Assembly: GCF_035084215.1 (NCBI RefSeq)
Contig: NC_090366.1
Coordinates: 3,472,001 to 3,536,000, forward strand
Length of the DNA stretch: 64,000 nucleotides
Origin: Heptranchias perlo
Taxonomy: Eukaryota
Direction: 5' to 3'
Positions 61,014-64,000 of the stretch are shown here, piece by piece (position 1 is the first letter of the stretch; each line of letters starts with the position of its first letter). The translations under genes and the position numbers were made by a program. The notes under the pieces are model-generated. The model saw only the letters and a list, made by a program, of their open reading frames with translations, was not told the DNA's origin and ran no database searches.

Positions 61014-61496
61014 TCCGCATTCTCTCTGACATTAGGGTAAATGTTGTTGTCGGTGTTATTATTAACAAACATTCAAAGCCTTTATCCCAAATTTCTCCTC
61101 TCCAGTATTTTTTAAAAACTGTACAAACCTATTGGAAATAAACGAATCAAAAGGTCTATGTTCTCTTTCACATGCTGACCGACCGGCGGTGCATTTTAGC
61201 ATTTTTGCCTTATTTTATGAATGGATTGTCTGTGCTGGGATTGTGATATTTTATCAAACAGAGATCAAAGGCATATTTGGTTCTTTTATCACTGTAAGCA
61301 GTGAAAACAGACCCACACTCACACAGAATATATTCCACCACCCACCTTTAACATTCAGTTACAACCGACTGGGCCATTAGGTCACACATTCCAGCACACA
61401 GTGGACTCGAATTATATTAAAACCACTAATGCGGTGTATTTCTGAAATTGGCAAAACGTTGCACGTAAGGGTGGTTAAGATGCCTTGGGTAGTAAA

Positions 61497-61808
61497 AGAA
61501 CATAACAGATAGGAGCAGGAGCAGGCCATTTGGCCCATCGAGCCTGCTCCGCCATTCAGTGAAATCATGGCTGATCTGATTCTGGCCTCAACTCCACTTT
61601 CCCGCCTGTTCCCCTTATCCTTTGACTCCCTTGCTGATCATTTTTTTTTCTAACACGGCCTTGAATATATTCAATGACTCAACCTCCGCCGCTCTTTGGG
61701 GCAAAGAATTCCAAGAGTTCACAACCCTCTGAGAGAAGAAATTTCTCCTCATCTCCGTCTTAAATGGACGATCCTTTATTCTGAGAACATGCCTCCTAGT
61801 TCTAGAAC
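61497..61808 (-). mobile_element. CR1 3' fragment
   Basis: agaacataacagataggagcagg tail and hairpin. Confidence 0.82.
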
Positions 61809-62317
61809 TAGCGTATGGAATAGTAACAGGTATCAGTCACATCCAGCAGCCTCACTGTGTTCACATTAAGTTCGTAGTACCACCTCCCACTTTAACTTTT
61901 CCTTTCCCAAGATGGCAAAACAGTGAAACACTTCGATACTCTCCTCTCCCATCTTCCCTTCCCTTCTACAGATATTTAACCCTCTCGTTTGTCCTAATTT
62001 AGCGATTTGAGTTGTCTCTGCTTCATTCCTACTTTTCGCCCCTTCCACATCCTTTCGCCCACATCCCATGAACGAATAAAAAAAACTGGGTTTCTCTACG
62101 AAAATAAAAATTCTGCTTACCTGCCACACAATGACTTATTCCATTTTCACTGGTTCATTTATTTATCACCGTCACTTTCTCAATTTGTATCTTCAATTTT
62201 CCTGTGTATTGTGGCTTCTCTTTACTCTCTTTCTCTCTAGCTCTGCTCCTCCCCTTTTCACTCTCTCGTCCTATCTCTCTCCGCTTAGTAACTGCGAGTT
62301 GAGCAATTACGGATGAA

Positions 62318-64000
62318 ACATAAGAAACATAAGAAATAGGAGCAGGAGTAGCCTACATTGCTCCTCGAGCCTGCTCCGCCATTCAATCAGATCATGGCTG
62401 ATCTTCGACCTCAACTCCACTTTCCCGCCCGATCCCCATAACATTCGGCCATCCCTTGATTCGCTTAGAGTCAAAAATCTATCAATCTCGGTCTTGAATA
62501 TACTCAACGACTGAGCATCCACAGCCCTCTGGGGTAAAGAATCCCAAATATTGACAACCTTATGATTGAAGAAATTCCTCCTCATCTCAGTCCTAAATAG
62601 CAGACCGCTTTATCCTAAGACTGTGTCCCCCAGTTCTAGACTCTCCAGGTAGGGGAAACATCCTCTCAGCATCTACGCTGTCAGGCCCTCTTGTTATCTT
62701 ATATGTTTCAATGAGATCACCTCTCATTCTTCTAAACTCCAGAGAGTATAGGCCAATTCTACTCAAACTTTCCTCATAGGAAAACCCCCTCATCCCAGGA
62801 ATCAATCCAGTGAACCTTCATTGCACCGCCTCAAAGGCAAGTACATCCTTCCTTAGGTATGGAGACCAATATTGCTCACACTCTCGTTGTGGTCTCACCA
62901 AAGCCCTATACAATGTCAGCAAGAATTCCTTACTCTTAAACATCAATCCCCTTGCAATAAAGGCTAACATACCATTTGCCTTCCTAATTGCTTGCTTTAC
63001 CTGCATATTAACTTTCTGTGCTTCATGTACAAGGGAACCAAAATCCCTCTGAACACCAACATTTAATAGTTTCTCACCTTTTTTTTTAAATACGTTTTTC
63101 GATTTTTCCTACCAAAGTGAATATCCTCACATTTCCCCACATTTTACTCCATATGCCACCTTCTTGCCCACTCAGTTAACCTGTCTATATCCCTTTTCCG
63201 ACTCTTTGTGTCCTCCTCACAGCTTATTTTCCCACCTAGCTTTGCATCGTCTGCAAACTTGGATACAATACGCTCGGTCTCTTCATCTATGTCATTAAAA
63301 TAGATTGTAAATAGTGAGCCACCAGCACCAATCCCTACGGCAACCAACGAGAAACAACCTGCCAAATGACCTGTTTATCCTACCCTCTGATTTCTGTCCG
63401 TTAACCAATCCTTAATCCAAGCTAATATGTCATCCCCAATCCCATGTGCCCCAATATTGTGTAACACCCTATTATATGGAACCTTATCGAATGCCTTTTG
63501 AAAACCAAAATATGCTACATCCACTGATTCCCTCTTATCTGCCCTGCTCGTTACATCCTCAAAAACACTAACAGATTTGTCAAACACGATTTTCCTTTCA
63601 TAAGACCATGTTAACTCTGCCTAATCATATTATGATTTTCTAAGTGCCCTGTTACTGCGTCCTTAATAATAGATTCTAGCATTTCCCTTACTCCTGATGT
63701 GATGCTAACTGGTCTATATTTCCCTGTTGTCTCTCTTTCTCCTTTCTTGAATAGCGGGGTTACATTTGCTATCTTCCAATCCACGGGGACCGTCCTAAAC
63801 GCCACAGAATTCTGGAAGATCAAAACCAATACATCCTCTATCTCTGCAGCCACCTCTTTTAAAACCTTAGGGCGCAGACTATCAGGTCCAGGGGATTTGT
63901 CGGCTTTTGGACCCATTCATTTTTCCAAAAATTTTCTTTAATAATCTGAATTACTTTAAGTTCCTCACTCTCATTAGACCTTTGGTTCCACATTATTTCC
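62318..64000 (-). mobile_element. CR1 LINE (runs off the window end)
   Basis: RT fragments YRPVSITS, FQKAFDKVP, KFADD; (AAACATAAG)n tail. Confidence 0.93.

Overview
Eukaryotic, repeat-rich genomic DNA. The repeat landscape points to a cartilaginous fish (shark): CR1/HER1-type LINEs with (TAAGAACA)n or (TTCTATGA)n tails, SacSINE1-like DeuSINEs, L2 fragments and Penelope-type palindromes. The first 45 kb is a tandem segmental duplication (about 1-16.7 kb vs 24.2-45.0 kb). Each unit carries an 8-exon Siglec-like gene on the + strand: leader, V-set, three C2-type Ig domains, TM and two cytoplasmic exons. Copy 2 (33425-43881) splices by hand into an intact 545-aa inhibitory receptor with two ITIMs and a distal ITIM/ITSM-like motif. 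Its V domain lacks the F-strand arginine that Siglecs need to bind sialic acid, and it carries an extra Cys pair. Copy 1 (5797-15246) is a pseudogene with two nonsense codons and two destroyed splice donors. A third, orphan promoter and leader exon (28041) suggests a promoter/V-domain cassette swap or alternative promoters. Also present: a decayed hAT transposase, two solo LTRs (one in a three-level CR1>LTR>CR1 nest), tRNA-His/Leu relics, a SINE-derived ~78-bp minisatellite, G-rich and CT-rich tracts, and a ~6-kb satellite of ~50-bp units with shuffled higher-order blocks. All calls are by eye; no database searches were run, and repeat boundaries are approximate.
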